The position numbers and the translations under genes were made by a program. The notes under the pieces were generated by a model that saw only the letters and a list, made by a program, of their open reading frames with translations, searched no databases and was not told where the DNA came from. Positions 53,916 through 63,915 of a stretch of 64,000 bases of DNA are shown here, piece by piece. The first letter of the stretch is position 1. Every line of letters starts with the position of its first letter. The stretch is from an uncultured bacterium (lineage in GTDB: Bacteria > Verrucomicrobiota > Verrucomicrobiia > Limisphaerales > UBA8199): positions 352,001 to 416,000 of the forward strand of contig CAVVMW010000014.1 in NCBI GenBank assembly GCA_963749495.1, read 5' to 3'.

Positions 53916-54324
53916 CGACGGCACTGACCGTTACGAGGCCCTGGCAATGGCCCGAGCGGCCACGTATCAGGCTTTCCTTCCTCTGCACACCGGCACCTGC
54001 GCAGGCTTCTGATTTGGCATATTTAACTGTCCATCACCTGCGCCAGGCACCTCTGCCGGGCCGTCACTTTGACCGCTCGCCGCACTGGTCATCAACCTCG
54101 AAATTTGTTCCGGGGCCAGTGTCCGTCAGAGCCTGCCGCATTCCGGCGCGATCATAGCACTTTACCAACCGGAATCAACACATTTGACAGGCTGCCTTGC
54201 GGGCGCACGTCGTTCAGGACAGCGGAATTTTGACCGGTCGAAGGTCACGCGGATGAGACTCGGTGCCGACCACGCCGGTTCGGCAAAGGGCAGCATGGTG
54301 AACGGGCAAGCGTCAGAATCCATA

Positions 54325-54700
54325 TATGGCCCCCGGTCTGCCTATACCGGCTGTCCCTCGGGCGGCAGGACAAGCTCCAGGAGGCCATTCGCAGCATCCG
54401 CGCCCGGTCGGGCCTTCAGCTCAACGCCAAGCCCCAAGAAGTTCGCGAGCACATACAAGGGTCGCCTGCCGCCCACTGCAACCTGGATCGCTTGCTCCGC
54501 TACGTGCCCACCCGGTTCCTCGCACCCTGGTTCGCCGACCGGCTGCGCGGGGTGCCCGACTCGCGCCGTTCGGCCCTCATCCAAGACCTGGCAGGCCAAA
54601 GCCAGGAAACGCCGCTGGCCTGCCCATACTGGTTCGGGCAGGCTGAGATAAAGCTCAACGAAAGCTGGCGCTTGTTCCTCCGCGAAAACGCCGGAATGGA
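54325..54700 (+). pseudogene. N-terminal fragment of an HNH (McrA-like) restriction endonuclease
   Basis: Across a frameshift: LSLGRQDKL, LLRYVPTRFLAPWF, PY.F..I.LN.SW..FL.EN. Confidence 0.5.
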
Positions 54701-55359
54701 GCGCCTCGTAGGTCCGCCTGGAGCGTGCGCTGGGCGGACGGGCGAGATCTGCAAGGTCTTGGCCGTTGATCTCCTGGAAGCCAACCGGGGACCGACTCGC
54801 CGGGCAGCCGCCCTGCCAGATGGCCAGCCTTGGCGCTGTGGTCCAGCCTCGGGCGCGGCATGTCCACTGTGGCCAGGGCGATATGGCCGAAAGACTGGTC
54901 CTGCCAGCGCGTAGCGCCGGTCTGTCGGCCCGTCCTCGGCCTTCCGGCCTTTGGGGTCATCCGCCGTGGGGGATGCCGGCGCGGGGCGTCCCGGCCAGAG
55001 CGTCGCGCCGCGTACAAACCGCCACCCGGTCGTGACGGTTGCCGGGCCTGCGCCCCAGCCCGGAGGGCCACACGGAGCAGCACCTCCGCTTGGTCGCCAA
55101 GGCCAGCGCCGACCTGGAGCCGGGGCCGCCGAAAGGGTGACGGCCACGACCACGGCGGCACCCATGGACGTTGCCCGCGCCGGTTAGTGCCAGCGCGTGT
55201 GCCGCGTTTCCGTGGCCCGAGTCAGCGCCCTCGTGCGGCTTGACCATCCAACCCTCGTTCCTGAGCGAACCGGCTGGCCTGAGCGCGGGTGCGCCGCAGG
55301 TCATCGGGCTCTCACTAACCCGCCCTTTGAGCGGAGGTGGGTCGAGGCTGCCCTGCGGT

Positions 55360-55953
55360 TCATTTGTCCTGGCTTGCTGTGTGCTTGGCCCTCTCGGCTT
55401 CTTCGGCACCCATCGCCTGGAGCCGAGAGGTGACTTCGTCACGCTCCCTCGCCAGAGCTTCCTCTTTGGAGTTCGACAATTCGCGGTCCCTATCTGAAAG
55501 CTTCTTCCCCTCCCCCAGCGGTTGGCGCATCTGGAAGCGTAGCTCGGCCAGGTCCGTGTTTACCCTTTCGTACCGCTTCAACAGGATGTCGAGGTCAATC
55601 TCCCTCATCCGTTCCTCGATGCTGGTGGGCTTCGCTGCCGGTTGCTCGGTCACGAACGAGGAGAGCCGAACTCTGAGTTCGTCACGGTTTTTAACAAGGA
55701 AGTCCCGTGTGGATTCCTGTGATTTACGGTCTTTATCCGAAAGTTCCTTCCCCTGCGCCTGCGAGAGGCCCATCTGGAAGTTGAGTTCATCCAGGGCCGT
55801 TGCCACTTTTTCGTACCGCTTCAACAGGATGTCGAGGTCAATCTCCTGCATCCGTGCCTCGACGCGGGTGGGCTTCGCTGCCGGTGGGTGCGCCGCGAGC
55901 GAGGTGAAGAGCATCAGGGTAACCACTGTTCCGAGTACTATTTTGGTTTTCAT
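55360..55953 (-). CDS. Exported helical protein with an 81-aa internal duplication
   Basis: Signal peptide; PAAKPT..E.RM.EIDLDILLKRYE occurs twice, 243 bp apart. Confidence 0.75.
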   Translation of the reverse strand: MKTKIVLGTVVTLMLFTSLAAHPPAAKPTRVEARMQEIDLDILLKRYEKVATALDELNFQMGLSQAQGKELSDKDRKSQESTRDFLVKNRDELRVRLSSFVTEQPAAKPTSIEERMREIDLDILLKRYERVNTDLAELRFQMRQPLGEGKKLSDRDRELSNSKEEALARERDEVTSRLQAMGAEEAERAKHTASQDK

Positions 55954-56099
55954 CGCGTCTATTTCGATTATCCGGCCTGGTTGAGCATTCGAGGTCGAGA
56001 TTCGCTGCTTACTTGGAGAATGACAAGCGCAAAGGGCTTGCACCTGGGATTTGGATGATTCAAGATTCTAACCGCCGGTAGCGCAAACACAGTTGCCCC

Positions 56100-56786
56100 A
56101 TGACAGAGCAGCAGTACTTCGAGGCGCAGCAACAGCTATTCAAGTCGTTGACCCTTGGCGCGGCGAGTGTAACCGTCATTCCACTGCGAACGACGTACAC
56201 AAACGCAGCCAGGTGTCTGACGGTCGTTCACTTCCTCGACGAGCGGCTGGCGAGCGCAATCTCTCAAGACATCATCGCACCGCTACGTGAAAACGAGGGC
56301 CATCACTGCTGGTATCCGCCTCACGACTTGCACCTGACCTTGAAGAACGTCAGGAGTGCAAAACCAAATCGGGTTTACACCGCCGAAGAGATACAGCAGG
56401 CCGTTAGCGCCGTGGAGCGCGCCTCGCACGGAATCGAACCTCTGACCTTTGCCATCCATGGCCCGGTCTGCCTTCCGACCAGCGTTATCCTTCGCGCCTA
56501 TGGCACGCTCAAACATCGTGAGGCCGTCCGCCTGCTCGACCGCGAGCTTGAGTTGGCAGGAATCCCTGACGACAAAGCCTACGCCTCGAACGAAGTGTTC
56601 ATTGGGAACATTACCCTCTGTCGGTTCACCACCACGCCGACAGCCGCCCTGCGGCAGGCGGTCCTGGCGTACGAGCATCTGTTCCTCGGCATGTACAACG
56701 CACGCACCATGCAACTCGTCGAATGCGATGAAGTCTGTAGTTTTGGGTCGAGAGCCATCCATGCTTCACTCGACCTTGGGGCATGA
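56100..56786 (+). CDS. 2H phosphoesterase / 2'-5' RNA ligase-like protein
   Basis: DLHLTL first HxT motif; the second motif reads GNITLCRF. Confidence 0.65.
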   Translation: MTEQQYFEAQQQLFKSLTLGAASVTVIPLRTTYTNAARCLTVVHFLDERLASAISQDIIAPLRENEGHHCWYPPHDLHLTLKNVRSAKPNRVYTAEEIQQAVSAVERASHGIEPLTFAIHGPVCLPTSVILRAYGTLKHREAVRLLDRELELAGIPDDKAYASNEVFIGNITLCRFTTTPTAALRQAVLAYEHLFLGMYNARTMQLVECDEVCSFGSRAIHASLDLGA

Positions 56787-56959
56787 GCAATCGGCTCGTC
56801 AGAGTGGTCGCCCTCCCGGCCCCCACGCCGCCTGGCCTGCGGGTCCGCTTCTGGCGGTGTCTGGCAGTCCGCCGACCTCGGCTGGATGTCTCCAATTGTA
56901 GACAGACCGCCACCTTGCCGTGATGGTTGCCAGACCGCAGCCCTCGGAGGCGAGGTCCG

Positions 56960-57275
56960 CTGGCGCGGCACTCCTTCGTGGCCTTCGAGGTTGGAGGCGT
57001 GCGAATCCACAGCAACATCAGAGGCGAGGAGCAAAGCCTGGAGAATCTGTTGGCCGACAAGACATTGACCGCTGCCCTGGTCGAAGCTGGCTTTCTGCCG
57101 TTCGCCCGACCTGCCACCGGAGAATACGACCGGGTTTGCTTTGACATGCGGGGCAGGAAGCATCCTCTGGACGCGCCAGTGGTGGTGATGGACCACGAGG
57201 AGATATTGAGCCACAACCGGATTCCTCGGCCCAGGAAACTGGCGGACGGCATCATGCAGTTATTTGAGGCTGAGA
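56960..57275 (+). pseudogene. SMI1/KNR4 (SUKH)-like immunity protein fragment
   Basis: GFLPFARP..GEYD.VCFD, PVV.MDHEEIL, LAD....L. Confidence 0.55.
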
Positions 57276-57676
57276 AGCGGAGGGCCGCCCCCGCTCTGTC
57301 CTCTGCCTTTGAAGAACCGGACCAGACCCGCCACACCCCGAGCCAACGCCATGAGCCAGCCCGCTGGATACGGCAGAGTCAGAACGCCCCACCACATCGA
57401 GTGCCCGCTCTTGCCGCCAATGCCCCCGACGGCGCTCAACGCGAACATCGCGCCCACGCCGACGGCTATCAGGATGAACGCCCAAGCCCAGTACAGGACC
57501 GTTCGGTGCGCTTTCCCGCCGAGGACCATGCCCAGGGCGACCAGGCCGCTGCCGGGCAGGATGAGCAGCGAGCCTTCCAGCGGGTCGTGGCCGCTGGTTC
57601 CGCCAGCAGCCCCGACTGGTGACCGGCGCCGCCCTGGAGCCGTCGCCGCCGCGACCGGCGTGATGGTCACGCGCAT
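57260..57676 (-). CDS. Small membrane protein (possibly truncated)
   Basis: Three hydrophobic segments; SAVGGIGG.SG.SMWW..L.LPYP.GW. Confidence 0.45.
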   Translation of the reverse strand: MRVTITPVAAATAPGRRRSPVGAAGGTSGHDPLEGSLLILPGSGLVALGMVLGGKAHRTVLYWAWAFILIAVGVGAMFALSAVGGIGGKSGHSMWWGVLTLPYPAGWLMALARGVAGLVRFFKGRGQSGGGPPLLSLK

Positions 57677-58209
57677 GGCGGCGGTCCACGGAGGTTGACC
57701 GCGCCGATGAGCGCCAGCAGGTACGGCACCAGCACCATTTGAGCGGTCCTGGGCCTGCGTTTACGGCTTGCTCCCGCTTACCTTGGACAGACGCCGGGCC
57801 TCCGCAACTTGTATTCTTAAAGCCCAGGGCCGGATGCTACGCCCACAACCAGTGGAACGAACATCCACAGAAGCGCCAACCCCACCGAGCTTAATGGCAT
57901 CGCAAATGACGTTTATATGGGTTGACACGGTGTGCAGACGGGTTGATAGTGAGTATTGAATTACCTCATATATCGGGACGGTCTCAGCTTTTGGGTTGGA
58001 AACGAGTCAGCGTGGCAAAGGGTGCCATCAGCACAGGGCAGTTTTACGGCCTCAAACAACCAACGGGTTCGCACAGGTGGGCGTCCGTTCCCGATTCGAC
58101 TGCCCTCCGCAAAATAATCTGCCGCTTTTCCACCGAAATCTCGCATTGATTAGCAGCGGGTGAATCCGCTCACGCACTGAAAATGAACTCTAGCTGAAAT
58201 GGCCCCATT

Positions 58210-58659
58210 ATGATTGACCTGAACCCTTCCCGAAATCTGGCGTCGCGTCCGCGTGCCGGTTGTTTCCTTGCATTGACCGAGCCGCTGGCTGGCAGGAAGC
58301 CGGTTTTGACCCTGCTCCTACGACTGCTCTGGGCAGCCGCGCTCGTGCTGCCCGCATTTGGGGCCGAGGCCGGGGTGGTCTTAACCACCATTCATTCATT
58401 CCAGGTTTTCCCCAATGGGGAGAATCCCGCTGCCCCTCTGGTGCAGGGCAGCGATGGCAATTTGTATGGTACGACTGAAAACGGCGGGACCAACGGCGCT
58501 GGCACCGTGTTCAAAATCAGCACCAATGGGGTTCTGACCACGTTGTATTCCTTCACCGGCGGCAATGATGGCGCGAGTCACGGCGGCTGCGACCCCGCAG
58601 ACTATTGGGAGTGCATCTGGAACTTGCACGGTTCTCTATCCGAACGTATGGTCGGTTGA
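58210..58659 (+). pseudogene. N-terminal fragment of a GloVer tandem-repeat protein
   Basis: Signal peptide; G.NP.APLVQGSDGNLYGTT.NGGTNG.GTVFKI; breaks after FTGGNDGA. Confidence 0.85.
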
Positions 58660-58708
58660 ATAATCGTTAACTACACCAGACGCAAAACTCGGTGCTTAAA
58701 AACATACC

Positions 58709-58924
58709 ATGAAACAATCCATCACGCTCATATTCGCGGCCAGCACTTTGTTTCTGGCCGGTTGTTGCACAGCACAGCACACGACGAAGTGGGAATATCA
58801 ACGAGTAAATGACTTTCCGTCCGTTCAGAAATTAGCCGCCGAAGGCTGGAAGTTGGATGGCTTTCATTCGTTCGACCCCAGTGACACTGGCACGTTCTAT
58901 ATTTTGAAGCGTCGAGCACAATGA
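58709..58924 (+). CDS. Small lipoprotein (DUF4177-like)
   Basis: LAGC lipobox, KWEY, LAAEGW.L, LKR. Confidence 0.7.
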   Translation: MKQSITLIFAASTLFLAGCCTAQHTTKWEYQRVNDFPSVQKLAAEGWKLDGFHSFDPSDTGTFYILKRRAQ

Positions 58925-59529
58925 TTGCGCCCGGCGCAGCGACCGCTGGGCGTTTTCGTTCTTGACACGAGCGCACATGACCAGATTCTCCGTTCCCGGT
59001 CGGTTGCGGTTACCGGAGCGCCGCCGTCTCGAAGGCGCCAAGGGCTGGCTCGGCCTCGGTGACCACCTGGCGCAGGCCAGCGCGGGTTGAGGACCTGGAG
59101 CGCGAGCCGTTAAGCACCTGGGCGTCCGGCTCGCCGATGTTGTCGCCGAGGTCCCTGAAGGTCGAGAAAGAGGCCGCTGGTGCCCCACAGGCGGTAGGGA
59201 CGGTGGTCGGCTCGCCCGATGCCGCCCTGGGGCCTCTTTTGGTGCGGTGGAAGTCCATCCGAGAAGCTGCGGCGGCGCTGAGGGCCAGCCAGGACGCGTA
59301 AACGCGCCTCCCTGGCGACGGCGACATCGCCCACGGCGAGCAGGGGAGCGCGAGTTGTCGAAGCACCTGGTCGTCCGGCTGGCCGCGAATGTCACGGGCG
59401 CATCGGAGCGCACGGCGGAGTTCGCGGCCAGGCACGTCAAGCCCCTCATCCACGGCGCGGCTGCCGGGAGGGAACTTGCTCGACGGGCGGTCCAGATCCC
59501 ATCATATTCGCCGTATGGCACTGCAAACA

Positions 59530-61494
59530 ATGAGAACAACTGTTCGTTTCCTGCGGGCACCTCGAATTCTGGTCAGCGCGTTGCTGCCACTGCTGGCTTC
59601 CGCTCAAACTGGGCCATTGACAGAGCGATTAAGTAAAACGGTTCTCTATGATGATATTGCCGTTGCTCCAGATGGGAGCCGAGTCGCTTGGGTCCAGGGC
59701 ACCGCTGGAACAAAACCTGCCATTGTACACATTGCTTCTGCCTCGCCGGGTTTAACAGGGTTACCGGTTCGCACTCAAACCCGGAATGACACCATCGACA
59801 GTGGTCCAGCTTGGTCCCCGGATTCCCAAACCCTCGCGTTCATTTCCACAGGCGACGAGACTAATTCGACCCGGCTGTGGAGGGTAACTGGCGATGGATC
59901 TGTTCCGCCGAAATACACGAGATTAAATGGATACGCTGCGCGTCCACGCTGGTCTCATGACGGCAGGCAGATTGCTTTCCTGTCTATCGAGGGTGCCGGA
60001 GGGGGTGGCCCATTGATGGCCGCGCCTGCCGTGACTGGTGTCATCGATACGCAAATTCATAACCAGCGAATCGCAGTCTTCGATCCCTCGTCGGAACAAA
60101 CTCGCCAGGTTTCGACTGCGGATCTTCACGTCTACGATTTCGACTGGTCTCCCGACGATCACGCCTTCGTAGCGACAGCAGCACCGGGACCTGGTGACAA
60201 TAATTGGTGGATTGCTCAACTTTATATTATCAATGTGGCGAAGGGTCAGGCTGCATCGATCTATAAACCTTCATTCCAAGTGGCCATTCCGCGCTGGTCG
60301 CCCGATGGCAAGTCCATAGCCTTCATTGAGGGTTTGATGAGTGACGAAGGCTTTCACGGGGGCGACCTTTTCACCATTTCAGCGCAGGGACACAACTTGG
60401 TAAACCGAACCAAAGGGCAGAACGGCTCAGTGAGTTCACTTTTCTGGGTGGCCTCTGATCGGGTTCTCTTCACAGAGGCGCTGGGAGGCGGCAGTGCGAT
60501 TGGGGAATTGTTGCTCGGCGACAACTCCTTGCACACCCTCTGGACGGGTGGTGAAGATATTCACGCCTCCGGGAATTTCCCCAACTTCGCTATAGTAGGT
60601 GACGGCACATTCACTGCCGTGGCACGCAGCAGCTTGGAACAGCCACCAGAGGTCTGGGTTGGGCCTATCGGCAAATGGCGTCAGTTGACCACTCAGAACC
60701 AGGCGCAATCGCCCGCGTGGGGTCAGGCAGAGAGCCTGGAATGGACCAACGGAGGATTCCATGTTCAAGGATGGCTTCTGCCTCCCAAACAGGTGGAGCC
60801 CGGCAATCGCTATCCACTGGTCGTCTTGATTCATGGCGGTCCGTCAGGCGTGGCGGAACCCGAATGGCCGGCAAAATTCGCCCTGAACGCGGCCCTTGCG
60901 TCTCAAGGTTACTACGTTCTCATGCCTAATCCCCGTGGCAGTTATGGTCAAGGAGAGGACTTTACGCGGGCCAACGTTAAGGATTTCGGTGGCGGCGATC
61001 TTGGTGATATTCTGGCTGGCGTCGATGCGGCCATTGCTCGTTATCCGATTGACCCTAAACGCTTAGGGGTAACGGGATGGAGTTATGGTGGTTACATGAC
61101 CATGTGGACCATCACGCAGACGACTCGCTTCCGTGCAGCCATGGCCGGAGCCGGTATCGCCAATTGGCAAAGTTATTACGGCCAGAACATGATCGACCAG
61201 TGGATGATTCCCTTCTTTGGCGCCTCGGTCTATGAAGATCCGGCAGTTTACAAGAAGAGCTCGCCTATCCAGTTCATCCGAAACGTGAAAACCCCAACTT
61301 TGGTAGTTGTCGGTGAATACGATGCGGAGTGCCCGGCTCCGCAGTCTTACGAGTTCTGGCACGCTTTAAGAACGCTGAACGTTCCGACGCAGCTCGTCGT
61401 CTATGCCGGGGAAGGGCATTTATTTTTGAACCCCACGAATCGGGTAGACATGCAGGACCGCACTGTAGCCTGGTTCAACAAGTATCTGAAGTAA
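59530..61494 (+). CDS. S9 family serine peptidase (acylaminoacyl/prolyl oligopeptidase) with PD40 propeller
   Basis: WSPDG repeats, IHGGP, NPRGS.G.G, GWSYGG, GEYD, GEGH; lower GC than the host. Confidence 0.95.
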   Translation: MRTTVRFLRAPRILVSALLPLLASAQTGPLTERLSKTVLYDDIAVAPDGSRVAWVQGTAGTKPAIVHIASASPGLTGLPVRTQTRNDTIDSGPAWSPDSQTLAFISTGDETNSTRLWRVTGDGSVPPKYTRLNGYAARPRWSHDGRQIAFLSIEGAGGGGPLMAAPAVTGVIDTQIHNQRIAVFDPSSEQTRQVSTADLHVYDFDWSPDDHAFVATAAPGPGDNNWWIAQLYIINVAKGQAASIYKPSFQVAIPRWSPDGKSIAFIEGLMSDEGFHGGDLFTISAQGHNLVNRTKGQNGSVSSLFWVASDRVLFTEALGGGSAIGELLLGDNSLHTLWTGGEDIHASGNFPNFAIVGDGTFTAVARSSLEQPPEVWVGPIGKWRQLTTQNQAQSPAWGQAESLEWTNGGFHVQGWLLPPKQVEPGNRYPLVVLIHGGPSGVAEPEWPAKFALNAALASQGYYVLMPNPRGSYGQGEDFTRANVKDFGGGDLGDILAGVDAAIARYPIDPKRLGVTGWSYGGYMTMWTITQTTRFRAAMAGAGIANWQSYYGQNMIDQWMIPFFGASVYEDPAVYKKSSPIQFIRNVKTPTLVVVGEYDAECPAPQSYEFWHALRTLNVPTQLVVYAGEGHLFLNPTNRVDMQDRTVAWFNKYLK

Positions 61495-61592
61495 ATCAAC
61501 TGGTTCGTTCAGATGATGAAAAAGGCAGCGCCCAAGATGTCGAAGGAAAACTTGAAGACCATCGAGACGGCGCTCAGGAGTTTCAAGAAGCC

Positions 61593-62531
61593 GTGACCCT
61601 CACCCGGCAGGAAATGGCCCAGCAGGCTGCCGCCCTGGCTGCCCAGGGCGTTTACGTCGGCACGTCGTCCTGGAAGTATCCCGGCTGGTGCGGGACGCTC
61701 TACGACCGCAGCCGCTACGAATACCGGGGCAAGTTCTCCGAAACCCGGTTCAAGCGCGACTGCTTGGCGGAATACGCCGAGGTCTTCAAGACCGTCTGCG
61801 TCGATGCTGCCTACTACACCTTCCCCAGCCAGCAGTATCTGGCGGGCATGGTCGGCCAGAGCCCGGACGACTTCGTGTTCGGCTTGAAGGTGACCGACGC
61901 CATCACCATCAAGAAGTTCCCCAGCCTCGACCGCTTTGGCCAGCAAGCCGGGAAGCCCAACGCGAATTTTCTCAACGCGGAGTTGTTCGTGAAGGCGTTC
62001 CTGAAGCCCTGCGAGTGTGTCCGCCACGCCATCGGTCTGCTGATGTTCGAGTTCTCCCGGTTTTGGCCAACCGACTACGAGCATGGCCCGGATTTCATCG
62101 CCGACCTGGACAGGTTTCTGGGCGAGTTGCCCAAAGGCTGGCCCTATGGGGTGGAGATGCGAAACCGGAACTGGCTCGTGCCGGAGTACTTCGAGTGCCT
62201 CGCCCGCCATCAGGTCAGGCACGTCTTCAACTCCTGGGAGGCCATGCCTTCAGTCGGCGAGCAGATGGCGATGCCGGGCAGCCGGACCAACCCTGACCTC
62301 GCCGCCGCCCGGTTCCTGCTCAAGCCGGGGCGCAAGTATGAGCAGGCGGTGAAGGCGTTCGAGCCTTACGACAGCGTCAAGGAAGAAAACCCGGAGGCTC
62401 GGGCGGCGGGGAGGGCGCTCGTCGCGGAGGGCAAGGCGGCGGGTCCGAAGCGCAGGACGTTCGTGTTCGTCAACAACCGGCTGGAAGGGAACGCCATCTC
62501 CACCATCGCTGTCATGCTTGAGTCTGGGTGA
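61593..62531 (+). CDS. DUF72 domain protein
   Basis: VGTSSWKYPGW.G.LY, L.EYA..F.TV.VD..YY, F...KV...IT, E.RN..W, NNRLEGNA; GTG overlaps an upstream TGA. Confidence 0.93.
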   Translation: MTLTRQEMAQQAAALAAQGVYVGTSSWKYPGWCGTLYDRSRYEYRGKFSETRFKRDCLAEYAEVFKTVCVDAAYYTFPSQQYLAGMVGQSPDDFVFGLKVTDAITIKKFPSLDRFGQQAGKPNANFLNAELFVKAFLKPCECVRHAIGLLMFEFSRFWPTDYEHGPDFIADLDRFLGELPKGWPYGVEMRNRNWLVPEYFECLARHQVRHVFNSWEAMPSVGEQMAMPGSRTNPDLAAARFLLKPGRKYEQAVKAFEPYDSVKEENPEARAAGRALVAEGKAAGPKRRTFVFVNNRLEGNAISTIAVMLESG

Positions 62532-62545
62532 CACCAACCCGCGCC

Positions 62546-62680
62546 CTACGGCCAGCGCAGGCGGTAAAATCGACTGGGATAATTCGTCCGCTGCGGATCG
62601 CTGAAATAGGCCGAGCCGCTGGTGAGGGTGTTCGAGGCCAGCGGAGTCCAGACGGGGTTGGCGAGGTTGGTGCTGGCCTT
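62546..62680 (-). pseudogene. C-terminal fragment of an LRR-type surface protein
   Basis: ASTNLANPVWTPLASNTLTSGSAYFSDPQRTNYPSRFYRLRWP, paralogous to 50928-51060. Confidence 0.88.
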
Positions 62681-62858
62681 CGGGTCACCAGAAAGGTGCC
62701 TCATCGCCCACCGCAGCAGCGCATTCGCCTCTACCCAGACCGCCACCGTGCAGCGGGCCAGCGCCAAGGTCGCGTTCAGCAGGACTGGGCTCGCGCTGGC
62801 CGCTCGACGCTCGCCCGCGCCGCCCGGAGATGCCCGGTTGGCTTGTCGCTGGACGTGC

Positions 62859-63915
62859 CACGCGGCAGCCCAGGCGGAGCGGTTTGAACTGGAGCACCGG
62901 GCCGCGATTGAACATACGGCCATGACTCGTCATCCAAAGCACAATGAAACCGCTTTTCTGCCGGCTCCTGGTGTTGAGCTTCTTGTTTGCCTGTGCTGCC
63001 GCCAGCGCGCTGGAGCCTGCCAACCCGAATGCCAACGCCAAAGCCAGGGCTATTCTCGACTATTTCCAGGGCCTCAGCGCCCGCCAGGATAGGCGATTGG
63101 TCTCGGGCCAATTCACAGGTTTTGGCCGTAGCACGACTCTGCGCCTGATGGACGAGATCCACGACCGGACCGGCCAGTGGCCTGCCTTGGTGGGGACGGA
63201 TTACGCCGATCTCCAAGGGCTATGCCGAGGTGGCGAAGATCCAGAAGCCATTTGGCTTCACGGAGTACGGCCCTCACGGCTCGCGCAATCCACCGGGCGA
63301 TTACGATTACCGGCGGTTCCTCGAAGGCGTGAAGAAGGACTTTCCCAAGGCGGTGTTTTTCATGAGCTGGGACGCGAAATGGAGCCTGGCCAGGAATAAT
63401 AACGTCAAGGAGTTGCTGGCTGACCCGTGGATCGTCAATCGCGGCGACTTGCCCGCAGGACTCGCTGGAACAGGGAAATAAAGCCTGCGGCAAGAACACG
63501 TGCTGGGTTGGTTGGGTCAACTGGGGCGTCCCCCGGCAAATGCTGGTCAACACTCGGCCTGCCTCCTCTGTCAAATGTGACAGAACGGCGTCTAACCCAG
63601 TTGTTGGGAGGCCGTCGCATTGCGGCGGGCAACAAACGGCCTGTCAAAAAGCGCAATCCAATTTGACGCGCTCCTCCCTGCCAAGGTTGCCTCCTGGGCA
63701 TGGCTGAGCTTGACGCGGATTCCTTTTGCCGGCGACATCAAAGGCTCTGTCAAATTCCGCAGGTCGAGTGTGTCAAAACATGTTGCGTTGGTCCTGGTCG
63801 AGCCTCACGAAGGCGCTCTTACCGTGCCGATTTGACGGACGTTTGCCGCCGTTAAAAGCCGGGCTCGCGAATTCGGCGCCGTCGAGCGTGGTCGTCTTCA
63901 GTTTCACGCCGTAAC
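62859..63915 (+). repeat. 1057-bp segment, inverted copy of 36507-37563
   Basis: Reverse complement matches base for base to both ends, apart from two substitutions noticed. Confidence 0.95.
62944..63481 (+). pseudogene. GH26-like glycoside hydrolase with an internal deletion (second copy)
   Basis: Same translation and same lesion near 63210 as the copy at 36941-37478. Confidence 0.7.

Noticed and set aside
50928..62680. LRR C-terminus and its second copy as a DGR variable/template repeat pair
   Set aside because: Differences are mostly synonymous and not adenine-specific, homology extends into DUF72, and no reverse transcriptase is in the window.
63568..63583. CTGT-N8-ACAG as an SOS box
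   Set aside because: This is the gammaproteobacterial LexA motif, not the one expected in this inferred lineage, and no SOS gene follows.
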